Assembly: GCA_050084985.1 (NCBI GenBank)
Contig: JBITNC010000001.1
Coordinates: 163,556,001 to 163,620,000, forward strand
DNA length: 64,000 nt
Source: Nageia nagi
Taxonomy: Eukaryota > Plantae > Pinophyta
Direction of reading: 5' to 3'
The notes beneath the pieces were generated by a model. That model had not been told where the DNA came from and did not search any database. It saw only the letters and a list, made by a program, of their open reading frames with translations. How positions within the stretch are numbered: the stretch's first letter is position 1; each line of letters starts with the position of its first letter. This document shows, piece after piece, positions 12,878-25,085 of the stretch. A program made the position numbers and the translations under genes.

Positions 12878-15800
12878 ATGGTTGAAACCTTCATACCCAA
12901 GCATATACTCGACAGTTCCAACTTCGGCATATGGGAACCTCATATGAAAGTTGAGTTACAAGCAATAAAGCTGTGGTAGACAGTTAATGAAGACTTGGTC
13001 GCTCCTACAGATGAGAAGGCTCTTGAAATCTACAACTCAAAGAATGAGTTAGCAACTTCAATGATTTATCATGCTATTTCAGATGACGTACTTCTCATGA
13101 TCTCTTCTTCAACATCAGTAAAGGAAGCTTGGGATAGGCTGAAGAAAATTTACCTTGGGTCAAAATTTTCAAGGAGGTTCACTATTTTACAAAAGTTGTT
13201 GCAATATCGTCAAGGTGAAGATGAAAGTGCTTCTATTTACTTGACCAAAATCATTGACCTCAGGACACAACTAGTTGGCTGTGGGTGCAACTTGATCAAT
13301 GATGATTTCATGGTCTTCATCATTCTTCAAAGCCTTTCTATAAAGTTCAGTAACTTTGTCATGGTTATGGAAACTAGGATCGATAATGAAGAAGATGTGA
13401 TCTCTCTTGATAACCTTTCTAGACTCCTTCTGAAGCATGAGGAAACTTTAAATAAGAAAATGTTGAACTTTTCTCCAAAGGACAAAAGCATTGCTCTAGG
13501 AGCAACCAAAACTCCTTTCAAGAAGAAGTTCAAACATTATAAATTCAAAGATAACAAATCCTCATCTACCTTCAGGAAGCTTGAGAAAAAGGGCAACAAT
13601 AATGGCAAATTCAAGCAAAGGAATGACAAAACTGGATCATGCAATCCAAAACCTAAGGAAAAGTTTGATGGAAATTGTAACTTTTGTGGCATATTTGGTC
13701 ACAAAGAGTATGATTGTCGTAAAAAGAAATTTGCAAAAAAAGGCAAGGGAAATGCAAATGTGAAAAATTTCAATAATAAAAAGAAGAACAAGCATGCTGC
13801 TATGTTGCCTACTACTCAGTGACTCAAACTATTTCAAATGATTGGATTGTTGATTCAGGATGCACTAATCACATGTGTTATGAAAAGGATAAGTTTGAAA
13901 ACTTTCATAAGTACAAGAAGGATGCAGTTGTGATAGGTGATAATTCAGTCCTTGATGTTCAAGGAATAGGGAGTGTGAAGATTCATGGAAAGGTTCTTGA
14001 TAATGTCTTTTATGTGCCTAAACTAAGGATGAATCTTATCTCCGTAATTCAGATTACAAGGAAAGGATACTCATTTGAGTTTACCTCACACTCCTAGTAT
14101 GTTAAGAAAGGACTTACCACCTTGATGAAAGGATCAGTAAAGGATGACCTTTATATTGTGGATCAAGTTCCTTCAAAAATGTGTCTTGCTACAAATGTTT
14201 GTTCAAAGGGTAATCTTTGGCATCAACGATTAGGGCACCTTAACCACAAGAGTATTCAAGATATGAAAAATCAAGAACTTGTGGAAGGTTTACCTAATAT
14301 TTCACCCATAATTGGTATTTGTGAAAGGTGTATTCTAGGAAAGATGAATAGGCAAAAGTTTGAAAAAGATAAGGCAACTCAGGCTACTCATCCTCTTCAG
14401 CTTGTGCATTCAGATTTGATGGGTCTATTTCAGACTAAGTCTCTAGGGGGAGCTTCTTATGTTCTGACCTTCATTGATGACTTTAGCATGATGACATTTG
14501 GTTATCTACTTGAGCACAAGGATCAAACTTTTGATAGGTTTAAAGACTTCAAGGCTCTTGTTGAAAATCAAATTGATTTTAAGATCAAGATGCTGAGATC
14601 TGATAATGGGGGTGAGTATAATAGCAATGAGTTTAATGACTATTGTGTTAAACATAGGATCAAGCGAAAATTCATAATCCCTTACACCCCTCAACAAAAT
14701 GGAGTTGTTGAAAGGAAGAATCGAACCATTATGGAAATGGCAAGGTGCATGTTGGGTAACCTTCCTAGTTTCTTATGGGGTGAAGATGTTCACACTGCTA
14801 TTCACACCCTAAATAGGTGTCCTACTAAAGCAGTTGAAGGTAAAACTCCATATGAAGCATGGATAGGAAAGAAACCTAACATCTCACACTTTAGGGTCTT
14901 CGGTTGTGATGCATTTGCCTTCATTATCTCAAAGAAAATAAAGAAATTAGATAAAAGATCAGAAAAATGCATCTTTGTGGGGTATGATAATCAGCATAGA
15001 GGTTATAGGCTCTACTCCTCATCCCATAAAATAATCTTTATTTTTAGGGATGTCAAGTTCAATGAACTTCCTAAGGATATGACTTCTCATGCTGAGGTGT
15101 TTGATTCAGATGATTCTTTTCCTACACCTAACTGGTTGGATGATAATGTAGGGAAGTCACCACAAGAGCAAAATTCTCCAGCTCAGAGAATTACAAGGAG
15201 TATGACCTTGAATAAATCTTTATTTGCCAAAATTGATAATACGAATGAGCCATCAACCTTCAAAGAAGCTTCCAAGCAAGAGTGTTGGATGGAAGCTATG
15301 AAAGTTGAGTATGAGGCGCTCATGAAAAATGAAACTTGGGATTTGGTTCCTTATCCCAATGAGAAAAATGTGATTGGAAATAAATGGATATACAAGGTCA
15401 AGTACAATTCTGATGGAGAAATTGAAAAATACAAAGCAAGGTTAGTGGCCAAAGGATTCGCTTAGAAATATGGTATTGATTATGAGGAAACCTTTGCTCC
15501 TATGGCCAAGATGCCTACTGTCAGGATAATCCTTGCTCTTTCTGTAGCTCAAGGATGGAAAGTTTTTCAACTTGATGTCAAGAGTGCATTTCTCAATGGT
15601 GACTTGGATGTAGAAATCTACATGAATCAACTAGAAGGATTTATTCTAGAAGGTAAAGAGTCTTTTGTGTGCAAGCTAAAGAAGTCTTTGTATGGACTTA
15701 AGCAAGCACCTAGAGCATGGTACAAGAAAATTTTAGGATTCTTTACAGATATTGGTTTTTCCAAGTGCTTCTCTGACTCAGATCTCTATGTACTCCATCA

Positions 15801-16794
15801 AGGAAAAGACATGGTCTTAATTCTCCTTTATGTGGATGATCTTCTCATAACTGGTAGTAATATTGAAACCATCCAAGAGTGCATATCCAAACTGAAGGTA
15901 ACATTTGAAATGACTGATCTAGGTCTATTGCATTACTATCTTGGGATGCAAGTATACCAACACAAAGATTTTACTTATCTTAGTCAATCTAAGTATATAT
16001 CAAACATCTTGCAAAAGTTTGGAATGGAGGAGTGTAGATATGCTGCAATACCTATTTCTCCTAGGATCATTATATCTCTGAGTTCAAATTCTTAGTTGGC
16101 TGATGCTACAGCTTATAGGTAATTGATCGGTAGTCTTCTGTATCTGACTATCTCTCGACCTGATATTACCTTTGCAATGAATCTGATGGCATGATTCATG
16201 CAAAAACCATATGTTGAGCACCTCAATGATGTTAAGCAAATCTTGAGGTATGTGGCAGGGACAAAGGATCTTGCTCTTAAGTATTCCAAAGTGCCCTCGA
16301 TTGTTCTCTTTGGGTTCTCAGATTTTGATTATGGGGGAGATAGAGATGATAGAAAATCAACCTCTGCATATGTGTTTAGCATTGGTTCAAGTGCTATCTC
16401 TTGGGATTCTAAGAAGTAACCTACTGTGACTCTTTCTACCACCGAATTTGAATATCAAGCCATGTCTGTTGCCACCTAGGAAGCTATTTGGTTGAGGCAT
16501 CTTCTGAACGAAATTGGGTATGAGCAAAATGGCCCATCTCTTATTTCTTCAGATAATCAATCAGCTATCTCTTTGGCTAAGAATCCTGTGTTCCATTAGA
16601 GAACCAAACATGTGGAAATCCAAGCCCATTTTATCAGGGAGAAGGTTCTAGATGACATCATACAGTTGGAGTATTGTCCATCTACTGTAAACTCTGTTGA
16701 TTTATTCACCAAGCCCCTTCCTGAAGCTCAGTTCAACAAGCTTAGGGATTCTCTCGGGTTGGTGAAGTTGCCCTCAAGGGGGAGTGAAGTTTGA
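12878..16794 (+). pseudogene. Copia gag-pol polyprotein pseudogene (about 9 premature stops plus 1 frameshift)
   Basis: Gag MVETFIPKHILDSSNFGIW; CCHC knuckle CNFCGIFGHKEYDC; protease WIVDSGCTNHM; GAG-pre-integrase LWHQRLGH; integrase VHSDLMG, LRSDNGGEY, PQQNGVVERKNRT; RT QLDVKSAFLNG, LYVDDLL; RNase H FSDFDYGGDRDDRKSTS, DLFTKPL. Confidence 0.95.
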
Positions 16795-16865
16795 ACTTTT
16801 GTTAGTGATGATAACTTCACCTCTAAGAGGCTCTTTTTTTGTTGTTATATAGTGTTGATTATGAT

Positions 16866-17160
16866 ATACCTTCGTGGTAAGTTTGCTCTATGTGAGAAAC
16901 TTGTTGTACATTTTATACCTCCATGGTAAGTTTGCTCTGCATGAGAAACTTGATTGTACATTTTATACCTCCATGGTAAGTTTGATTTACGTGAGAAACT
17001 TGTTGTACATTTTATACCTCCATGGTAAGTTTGCTCTGCATGAGAAACTTGTTGTACATTTTATACCTCCGTGGTAACTTCGCTCTATGTGAGGAACTTT
17101 TTGTACATTTTATACCTCCGTGGTAAGTTTGCTCTGTGTGAGAAACTTGTTGTACAATTT
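16866..17160 (+). repeat. 49-bp minisatellite, 6 copies, in the copia 3' region
   Basis: Unit atacctcc(a/g)tggtaagtttgctctgcatgagaaacttgttgtacatttt starting at 16866, 16915, 16965, 17014, 17063 and 17112. Confidence 0.92.
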
Positions 17161-17733
17161 TTTGAGCATATAATTGATCAATCAGTTTTATTGTTCAAGT
17201 ATTCATATGAGAAGATCTGGTATGTGTCTTTAGGCATTGTACAATCATCTATATGTTATGTTGTATTAATAATCAACACATGTCTATATACAACAGGTGA
17301 CTATGAGTGATGGCTTGGCATCTCCGTGATGACTTATAGTGCACCATTGATCAATTATTTATAAGATGGCATTATTTGATTCTCTTATTAATAAAATGAA
17401 TATATGATGCATCTAACTGATTTTGTTCATGAGTTGCTTGTAGCATGTAGGATCTTCTTCAAAAATGTAGGTTACTCACCTTGTGTAAGCAAGCTCATGG
17501 AGACTCACATGTCAGCTTAAAGTTGATCGACTACTATGTACAGTGAAACCAGTTGTGGTTAATGATTGTATTGTAAACCATTTCATCAAATGGTAATGTA
17601 GTGAGTCTCAAACTAGTTCTCAAAAAGATTCTCAAATATGTAAATGTTCTCATCTTCGCTTGTATCTCTATTGAGGAGAACTCTCTCTTACTCTCTCTCT
17701 TCTCTCTTCTACGCTCTATCCCAATATTGCATT

Positions 17734-17742
17734 AAGGGGGAG
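17734..17742 (+). promoter_or_regulatory. Polypurine tract
   Basis: AAGGGGGAG immediately before the TG of the 3' LTR. Confidence 0.92.
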
Positions 17743-18231
17743 TGTTAGAATTTGTAATGAAATATTGTGAATATCTAAACTCCTTGTAAATTCAATTAAT
17801 CACTTAAAGGATATTTAGATACCTTAAGGGATTAATTGAATTCTTTATTATGTAAACTTTGACCTTATCAAGTGGTTAGTTGGTAGGTTAAAGTTAGGTA
17901 ATATATTTATTGTAACCCTAACCTTACCCTTGGGTTAAAGGGAGGTTAGGGAGGTGCTCTCAAGCTATAAATAGAGGGCCTCTCCTCTTGTAATATCACT
18001 TAGATTTTGAGTAAGATTACTCTACTAGTTTGTGTAGGAGAGAAAGGAATTATTGTAAGAGGGTGCATAGTTTGAGAATTGAGAACTAGTTGTGGATGTA
18101 CTCCCAAGGAGGGAGGAACCACTTATATTGGTGTTATCTTGTGTGAATGGTGTTATTAGCTTGTAGATGTTGAATGATTAAGTTTCCTATAGTCTTGGAC
18201 CTTGAGGATTAGTGTAGGTCTAATTCCTTCA
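17743..18231 (+). repeat. 3' LTR (489 bp)
   Basis: TGTTAGAATTTG..CCTTCA, with a single copy of the segment duplicated in the 5' LTR. Confidence 0.95.
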
Positions 18232-18802
18232 GAAATAAATCCCAATGACCATCCCAATTCAAAATTCAGGACTATCGAGTATGGAAATTGAACTTCTCTA
18301 GGATCTCTTCAACAAGAAAGACTCAAACTTTGAAGTTGATTGGAGCTTAGTGGTGTAATCAATGCATGGATGTTTTGACCAATAATCGAAGAAGAAAAAT
18401 GATAGCCTGTAGCTTATAGAATTTTGTTAAACTATAAGGAACTTTTATAATAATTTTTTATTTAAATGTAATACTATAGAATATCTATACACTCATTTTC
18501 ATACATGTTTTGGGGCCCTATTTTTTGGAAAACCCACTTTAACTTTTACCCTTATCAAAATAAAAATGTACTAAGTGGTCTATACCTATATTAGGTGTCA
18601 TGAGGGACATTAGATGATCTTGATAGCAATTAGGAAGCCCCATTATTAGTGAACATCATAAAAAGAAATATGAAATTTACATAATCAAGTGAGTGATATA
18701 CATTAAATACATGACTAATCAAATTATATACATGAAAAGTGATAATCAAGACATATAATGAAGAACTATGACAAGCATGAATAACATAATGAAATGAAGT
18801 AA

Positions 18803-18828
18803 ATATATATATATATATATATATATAT
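18803..18828. repeat. (AT)13 microsatellite
   Basis: Direct read. Confidence 0.9.
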
Positions 18829-21800
18829 AATCCATGATCATGAAAAGAGAGCTACTAATTATGAATTCTCATACTAAACATGAATCATAGTCATAATCAA
18901 AGAGATAAGAACATCTATTTGGATGATTTAATATGGTCTCACCGATCATCATGGCTCAAAGTGCATGAAGAATCTTATGTTGCTCCAAAGATAATGGGCC
19001 TTCTAAAACCCTAAAGAAAAAAGAAGGATGGTTATTCTAAAATTCCTAAAATAACTTGAAAATAATTGATATTGATCAAATTCATAATGATATAATATTG
19101 TAGCTTGAAATTCATGCCAATTATGGACTAAAATGCATAAACAAGTTAGAAACACACATGAATTCAAGTATACATCATCTTGTGATTTTCTTAATTTGAA
19201 TTTAAAAATATTTTTGATAAAGATATGTATAAAAATTCAAATGAACTTTAAATAACTTGCAAGGATGTGAAATAAACCTAAATTCATCTAATTTGGCTAG
19301 GGGAACCTCCAATTTAGGCCCCTTAAGCCAACTAAACAAGCTTGGAATGAGTTACCTCACTCCAAATAGCAATATGGACCACCTAATACCCAAATCAATG
19401 AAGAAAACAAAGTATATGATGCCTATGATGCAAAATATTATGCCTAAATGTTGATTTAAGGTTTTGAAATATGTAATTTATAAGTTTGGGTGGAATTTGC
19501 ATGCATTAATGGATAAATGTAAGATCTAATATTTCAAACCCTACTAAAGCTATAAACCTATGAAAACATAAGATCTTTAAAGATCCTTATATCTATGAGA
19601 TCCAAGGATACCCATAAGAGTAAATGTATGTTTAAACCATAAATTAACACATGTATGGATTCAAACTTAGTTTTCTATGATGGAAATAAAATTTAACATG
19701 AATTTAGCCTATCAAAAACTTTAAATGCATATTAGTCTATTTGAGGCTACAAAGATGGATCCTCCTAAGCTTTTCCATAGTAGAAGTATCTCCAATCCTA
19801 CAAAAACCTTGAGTATATAAAATATATTAAATAATAGGTTAATACAAGCATAAATTCACCATAATAATATTACCTTATATGTTTAGTACCAAGCTTGAAG
19901 AGGATTGATGACTAATTTTGGTTGAAACCCTTGATGCTTCAAAACCTTAGCTTCAAACCCTAACATACAATCTTGGAGAAATTTGATAGCAAAAATCATA
20001 AGTGTGTATGAGAAAATGAATTAGGAGAGTTAAAGAGAGAGGAATTCTATTTTTGCATTGAGTTATATACCTCCTTTGATACTTCAGTGAATAGAGCTAG
20101 ATACCCACTTTTGCACCTTTTTTGAGTTTAATTCACTTTTTTTTTTTCAAATACTTTAGCTTTTGAGAATATATTTGAACACTAAAATTATAAAAAATAA
20201 TAGATTAGAACATATCAATGTATTTAACTTGCATCATTCAAAAAGTATTATCTTTTGATATCTATATTTTGCCCCTATTAGACTAGGTCTTTTGCAAAAA
20301 TGACTTAGTTCAACAAGTGTATATAATCAGGTGTTTATTATGCAATCATTTTGAACAATTTAGACTTTGAGCAATTTAGATTTTGAACACTTGTGCTTTT
20401 TAGAATTTTGATTTTTGAGATGTTTATGCTTGTAGGCTCGTAGACCTATCCAATATTCAAACGATACTATGTAGACCAATATGTAGTTATATATGTAACT
20501 ATGTATACTTATGCAATGTTGAGGAGCAAGTGTAAAATATATCCCAATCATGAATCAATGTAGGATATGCCTTGATTTATAGTAACATGAAACAAATCAT
20601 ATGCCCTGGCTCAAAAGATTTTTATCTCTCTTACCAATATGGAATGTATTGCACGTTTCAAAACCTAGTGTGGAAGGATGCATAAATCCACCTATTTTTT
20701 AAACATGTAGAAATGAAATTATGTGATGGTCTTGAGACAACATATATGTTTTTACATGTGTCTATAAGTTGTAGGATTTAGATATTAATTCATGTAAGAT
20801 ATGTGTAAATGATTTTCCCCTCAAGCGATGGTTTGATGGATGAATAAAGCAAAATATGAAAAAGCATCCATAAACTTAGAAGGTAAGCTATCTAAAATAT
20901 AAGCATATTTTGAAAATTTTAGATTTTGAGATTTTAGCTTTTTGAAATTTTTAGATTTTGAGATTTTTAGATTTGAAATTTTGAATTTGAGCTTTTTAGA
21001 AATTTTGAACTTTTGAATTTAAGCTTTTTAGAAATTTTGAACTTTTGAGATATTTTTATTTTCAAATATTTGAAATATATTTTTATTTTTAGACATTTTG
21101 AAGATATTTATATTTTGATCAATATTTGTATGATAACACTCAACGATATTTTACTAACCAAGAATGGTTTATGAATGTAGGTATGTAACCTACCAAAATG
21201 TTGGGAGATAAATGTGGAATGCTTTCAAAGATAAGATCAATGCTAAATGATCCAATTTATGATAATATTTGAAATATTTGACTTATAACACTCCATAATT
21301 CAATAATATGGTCATGATGGATTGTAAATAAATGTGCTCCTTACTCCATGTTGAATAGATGGTGAGGAGGATAAAGCCCATGGTATGACCAAAATACTAG
21401 GATGATAACTTTGCCCCATGTTAAATGGAAAATAAAGGATTATGCTTAAGGATAATGTTAAAGCCAATGGGTATGATATACTGCCAATATGTTAGGATAT
21501 GGTGTTACTGATCTTAATTTTGAGATAATTAATACCTCACCTCTCAAACAATGGAATATGAATGAATAAGATGTAGGTTAGTAAAACATAATTATTCATT
21601 TATAAGTGCTCATTGATCATGCTATGTTCTTATATTTAAAGCTTTTATTTAGTTAATATGCCAAATTAGCTCTTCGCTTTCTTTCTAGTCAATTCATTTG
21701 CTCAAATTTTGTTCTCTTTTTATTTTTTTATTTTACACCTGAAGGACAACACCATCGTTATACACAAGATCACAAGGGATATAATGAGTATATACAATGG

Positions 21801-22299
21801 ATACATAATATCTATATACAATGATATACATAATAGCTATATATAATGATATACATAATGGCTATATATAACAAACTATGTACAAAATTATGATACAATG
21901 ACTATGGCAAGATCATGTATAATAAAGATAAATAGAAATTTGAATGAATAAAAAATCATTTTAGTTGGATTCTTCAATTCAATAATACAATTAACTCATC
22001 AATTAAAAAAGAAAAATACATTCAATTACCTGCACATCCTCTACAGTTTATGCCAATGATTTCAACTAACAATGAGCAATTTTTGGAGGTGGAGTATTTT
22101 GCAGGCAATAAAAAGCCTCATAGTATAATGCAAGCAAATAATTACAACTAGACAAGTATACATTTTGAGAGCTTGATATTTGTATAGTGGAAATATCATA
22201 TTTTATCCTATTTGAAATGTAAGAGCTCCAATCATTTTTTTTATGCTCAATACATTGCAAAATGTAATAAAGACCCCAAAACGGAATATCCATAGCTCT

Positions 22300-22950
22300 A
22301 CCCTCTAGAACAATTCTAGCCTAAAATAACTCTATGATAGCCTTTAAAAAAGGGTTCTAAACATCTTGCATACTGAGGCCCCTTCTTGAGGGATTATGGC
22401 TAATTGTAAAAACTCAAACTACATCATAAACTATGTTATAACACTAAGGCAAATTACAAAATATACATAAAAAATTAAGAGTATTTATTAAAATCTCAAT
22501 AAATTAAAAGAAGACTTAACAAACTAAAATTCCTTTCACTTGTCAAACATTCCATAGGGATACCATACTTTGTTTTTAGATGTATTTTATCTTTATCATT
22601 TAAAAGAGCTACCTTCATATTGATAGGCTCCTCAACATCCTTATACAATAGCCTTGTCAACCTATGTACATTAGTAGGTTTAATAGAGAATGAAATAGGT
22701 TTACCATGGACCATCATTACAACAGTCAAGTTTTTATTATTGAATGAGTTGACAATCATATCTAGAAGAGGAATATCATTTGAAAATGTGCCCATTGAAA
22801 CCAATAGTATAAGGATAGATTCTTGCAACCAACTGAAGTCATATCTAGGAGTGGTAAGGATATCTAAAATTTGGGGGTAGATAAGATTCTTATAAGTGTA
22901 CAATGTTAGTTGAGTTGGGGTGACAACATTAGATGTCTACATGGTGGTCC
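22300..22950 (-). pseudogene. Degenerate retrotransposon accessory ORF, plant-mobile-domain-like
   Basis: ORF 22496-22903 (LLDMIVNSFNNKNLTVVM..ISFSIKPTNVHRLTRL) has the spacing of the PMD ALxERWxxxTxTF..TITLEDVxRILGLP motif; TE context. Confidence 0.4.
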
Positions 22951-23204
22951 TAAGTAGTGAAAATTCAAGGAGATGGAGGATTTGTAATGTAGGAGGGTAA
23001 GGAAGGATTTGTAAAGTTGCAAGGGGAAAGGAGGGGCAAGGGGGAACAAAGGGAACTATAGACCCAAGGAAACAGAACATTGAAATGAGGTGAAAATGAC
23101 CTATGAAAGATCTTTTATAATACTTGACATTTGTTAGCACTTATTATGTACGATCGTATTTAATGCCTTTTTCAATGAGTCATTTTATTTGGAACATAGA
23201 TGAT

Positions 23205-23425
23205 TGAAAATACAAATATCTGATGATCGTATGCATAAAAGTGCATACAATCGTATGTATAAAAGTACATATGATCATCTCTAGAAATGTGTAGATGATC
23301 ATCTTCCCTTTTATTTAGATGATCATCTGCACCAATCTATAGATGATTGTCTGCACTTTTTTTGCATATGATCATGTGCACTTTTATGCAGTTGATCATC
23401 TTTGTGAAAGAGTATACGATCATCA
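23205..23425. repeat. ~24-bp periodic array with palindromic ACGATCGT-derived cores; right half inverted relative to left
   Basis: gatcgtatgcataaaagtgcatac repeats (23225 onward) mirrored by catatgatcatgtgcacttttatgca (~23366-23391). Confidence 0.7.
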
Positions 23426-24319
23426 CCACAAATGGGAGACGAATCATCTATCTTTAAGAAAGGATCACCATAATTTCATAAAACTAAAAATAATATATAT
23501 CACCAAAAATTTACAACTTTTTTTAAAAAATTGATTTTGCCACTTACCCTACATGACTTTTGAAAACTTTTTAGCATGACTTCGAATTGCGTTTACCAAA
23601 ATTTGTATTTTTTTCACCATCATTAGTTATGCATAACATTGAGTCCAAGTTTTTTTGAAGCTATTGAGATCATTTCTAGAGGCTATCATCACAAATTTAG
23701 AAGCCTTATAGTCACTACATTAGTGCTTGGTATTTTAATACATCTTATTACATCATTTGAACAAGGTAGTATTTTGTATAGAGTTTTGAGCTTTGTATGA
23801 CAAAAGAAAACTCATGATTGTACTCATTTGAATATTAATATAAATTTCTTGATTTGTTTGGTCATATTCTTATTGAAGAATGTATTTTTTGTTAATGATT
23901 GTATTACATTATTTGAATATGATCATTACATAATTCTTTCACTATCTTTCTTGATAATTTAAGTTGCATTATTTAAATGTAGATTATCAAAATAGTTCTT
24001 TCTTCTCCCTTTCTTTTTATTTTTATGAAATTGTATTCCTAATTTCTCAAATGGATAATGGATAAGGAACTAATCTCTTACTAGGGTTTTCTGTAAGAAC
24101 TTAGATCATATTCTTTAAAAAATATTTTGATTTCTTGAGTTAATTTGTATACTTAACATCATTTAAACTCAACTTTGTCATTTGGTAAAAGTACTTAATG
24201 GAATTCTAAATTCATTAACTTGTCTAGGGTTTCCTTACCTTATTTTCCTTATCATAGTCCAATCTTAAAAAGTTAAAAAGGTGAATTTACTAGAGCTCAC
24301 AATGTTGGTTGGGAATTAA

Positions 24320-25085
24320 AAGTTTTCTTAAAATCATGATAGATCTTAAGGGTTTAGGAAAATCCCAAAAAATTAGAAACCAAAATCTAAATTGAAATAA
24401 AATATGAACTTGAAATGCATATGAATTTACCTATTTTAGAGAAATAAAAAAATTGGGAGGCTCAAAGATTGAACCAAATAATACATGAAACTTTAGAATG
24501 TTGATAATTGATAGGAATAAGAACATTAGTGGTCTTTTAGCTTGAAACAAGGATGCTAGCAACCTTATTTTAATTTTTTTTTTGCAATAATTCTGAGGGT
24601 TATCTGATCCTTACCCTCCATTTTTGAGGTTTCAAGATCCCTACCCTCCACTAAATTGAGATTTCAAGATTCTTACCATCTAGTTTTGAGACTTCAAGAT
24701 CCCTACCCTCCAATTTGGTTTCTCTAATTTTGCCTAATCATTTTTACCCAAAATGCTCTCTCCAATTTAACTCAACGATTTTCTTGATCTCTTGGGTTTA
24801 CAATGATAATTTTCAAATGCTTAAAGACATGGCAAAGAGAGAGACATTAAATCTTTTGAAGTGTATTCTTTATTTCTAAAGTGTGTGATAGTTTGATCAT
24901 CAAAGAGATTGATGATTTGAAATTCTTTTGAAGTCTTATTTTATACCTTGCAAAATAAAATAAAAGAAGCACATAAGCCAACTTTTCCTTTAATTAAAAT
25001 AAAATTCATCAATTTTTTTATTAATTTAATTCATTTTTAGATAGCTCAATTATGATTTTTAATAAATTAAAATTTGGTGTCTACA
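24320..25085 (-). repeat. Gypsy-type LTR homologous to 6290-7025
   Basis: Ends ggtgtctaca (minus-strand TGTAGACACC); colinear similarity to 6290-7025. Confidence 0.65.

Larger units (their letters stand above)
8905..18231 (+). mobile_element. Full-length, relatively young Ty1/copia LTR retrotransposon (~9.3 kb), inactivated
   Basis: TG..CA LTRs at 8905-9692 and 17743-18231, ~98% identical. PBS TGGTATCAGAGC and PPT AAGGGGGAG. Domain order gag-PR-IN-RT-RH. 5-bp TSD with one mismatch (gcaat 8900-8904 / gaaat 18232-18236). Confidence 0.96.

Noticed and set aside
13760-13822. Programmed -1 ribosomal frameshift between gag and pol (A AAT TTC heptamer near 13765)
   Set aside because: The -1 frame hits TAA TAA immediately after the heptamer. 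A 1-nt loss in the A-run near 13780 restores a continuous ..NNKKEEQACCYVAYYSVTQ..WIVDSG frame, as expected for single-ORF copia.
16866-17160. CRISPR-like array
   Set aside because: Contiguous tandem units with no unique spacers, eukaryotic retrotransposon context, no cas genes. The same applies to the 44-bp repeats at 35973 and 42201.
20900-21900. T-rich short repeats (~20900-21120) and a 25-bp atataatgatatacataat repeat (~21780-21870)
   Set aside because: Low-complexity retroelement UTR repeats with nothing beyond slippage expansion.
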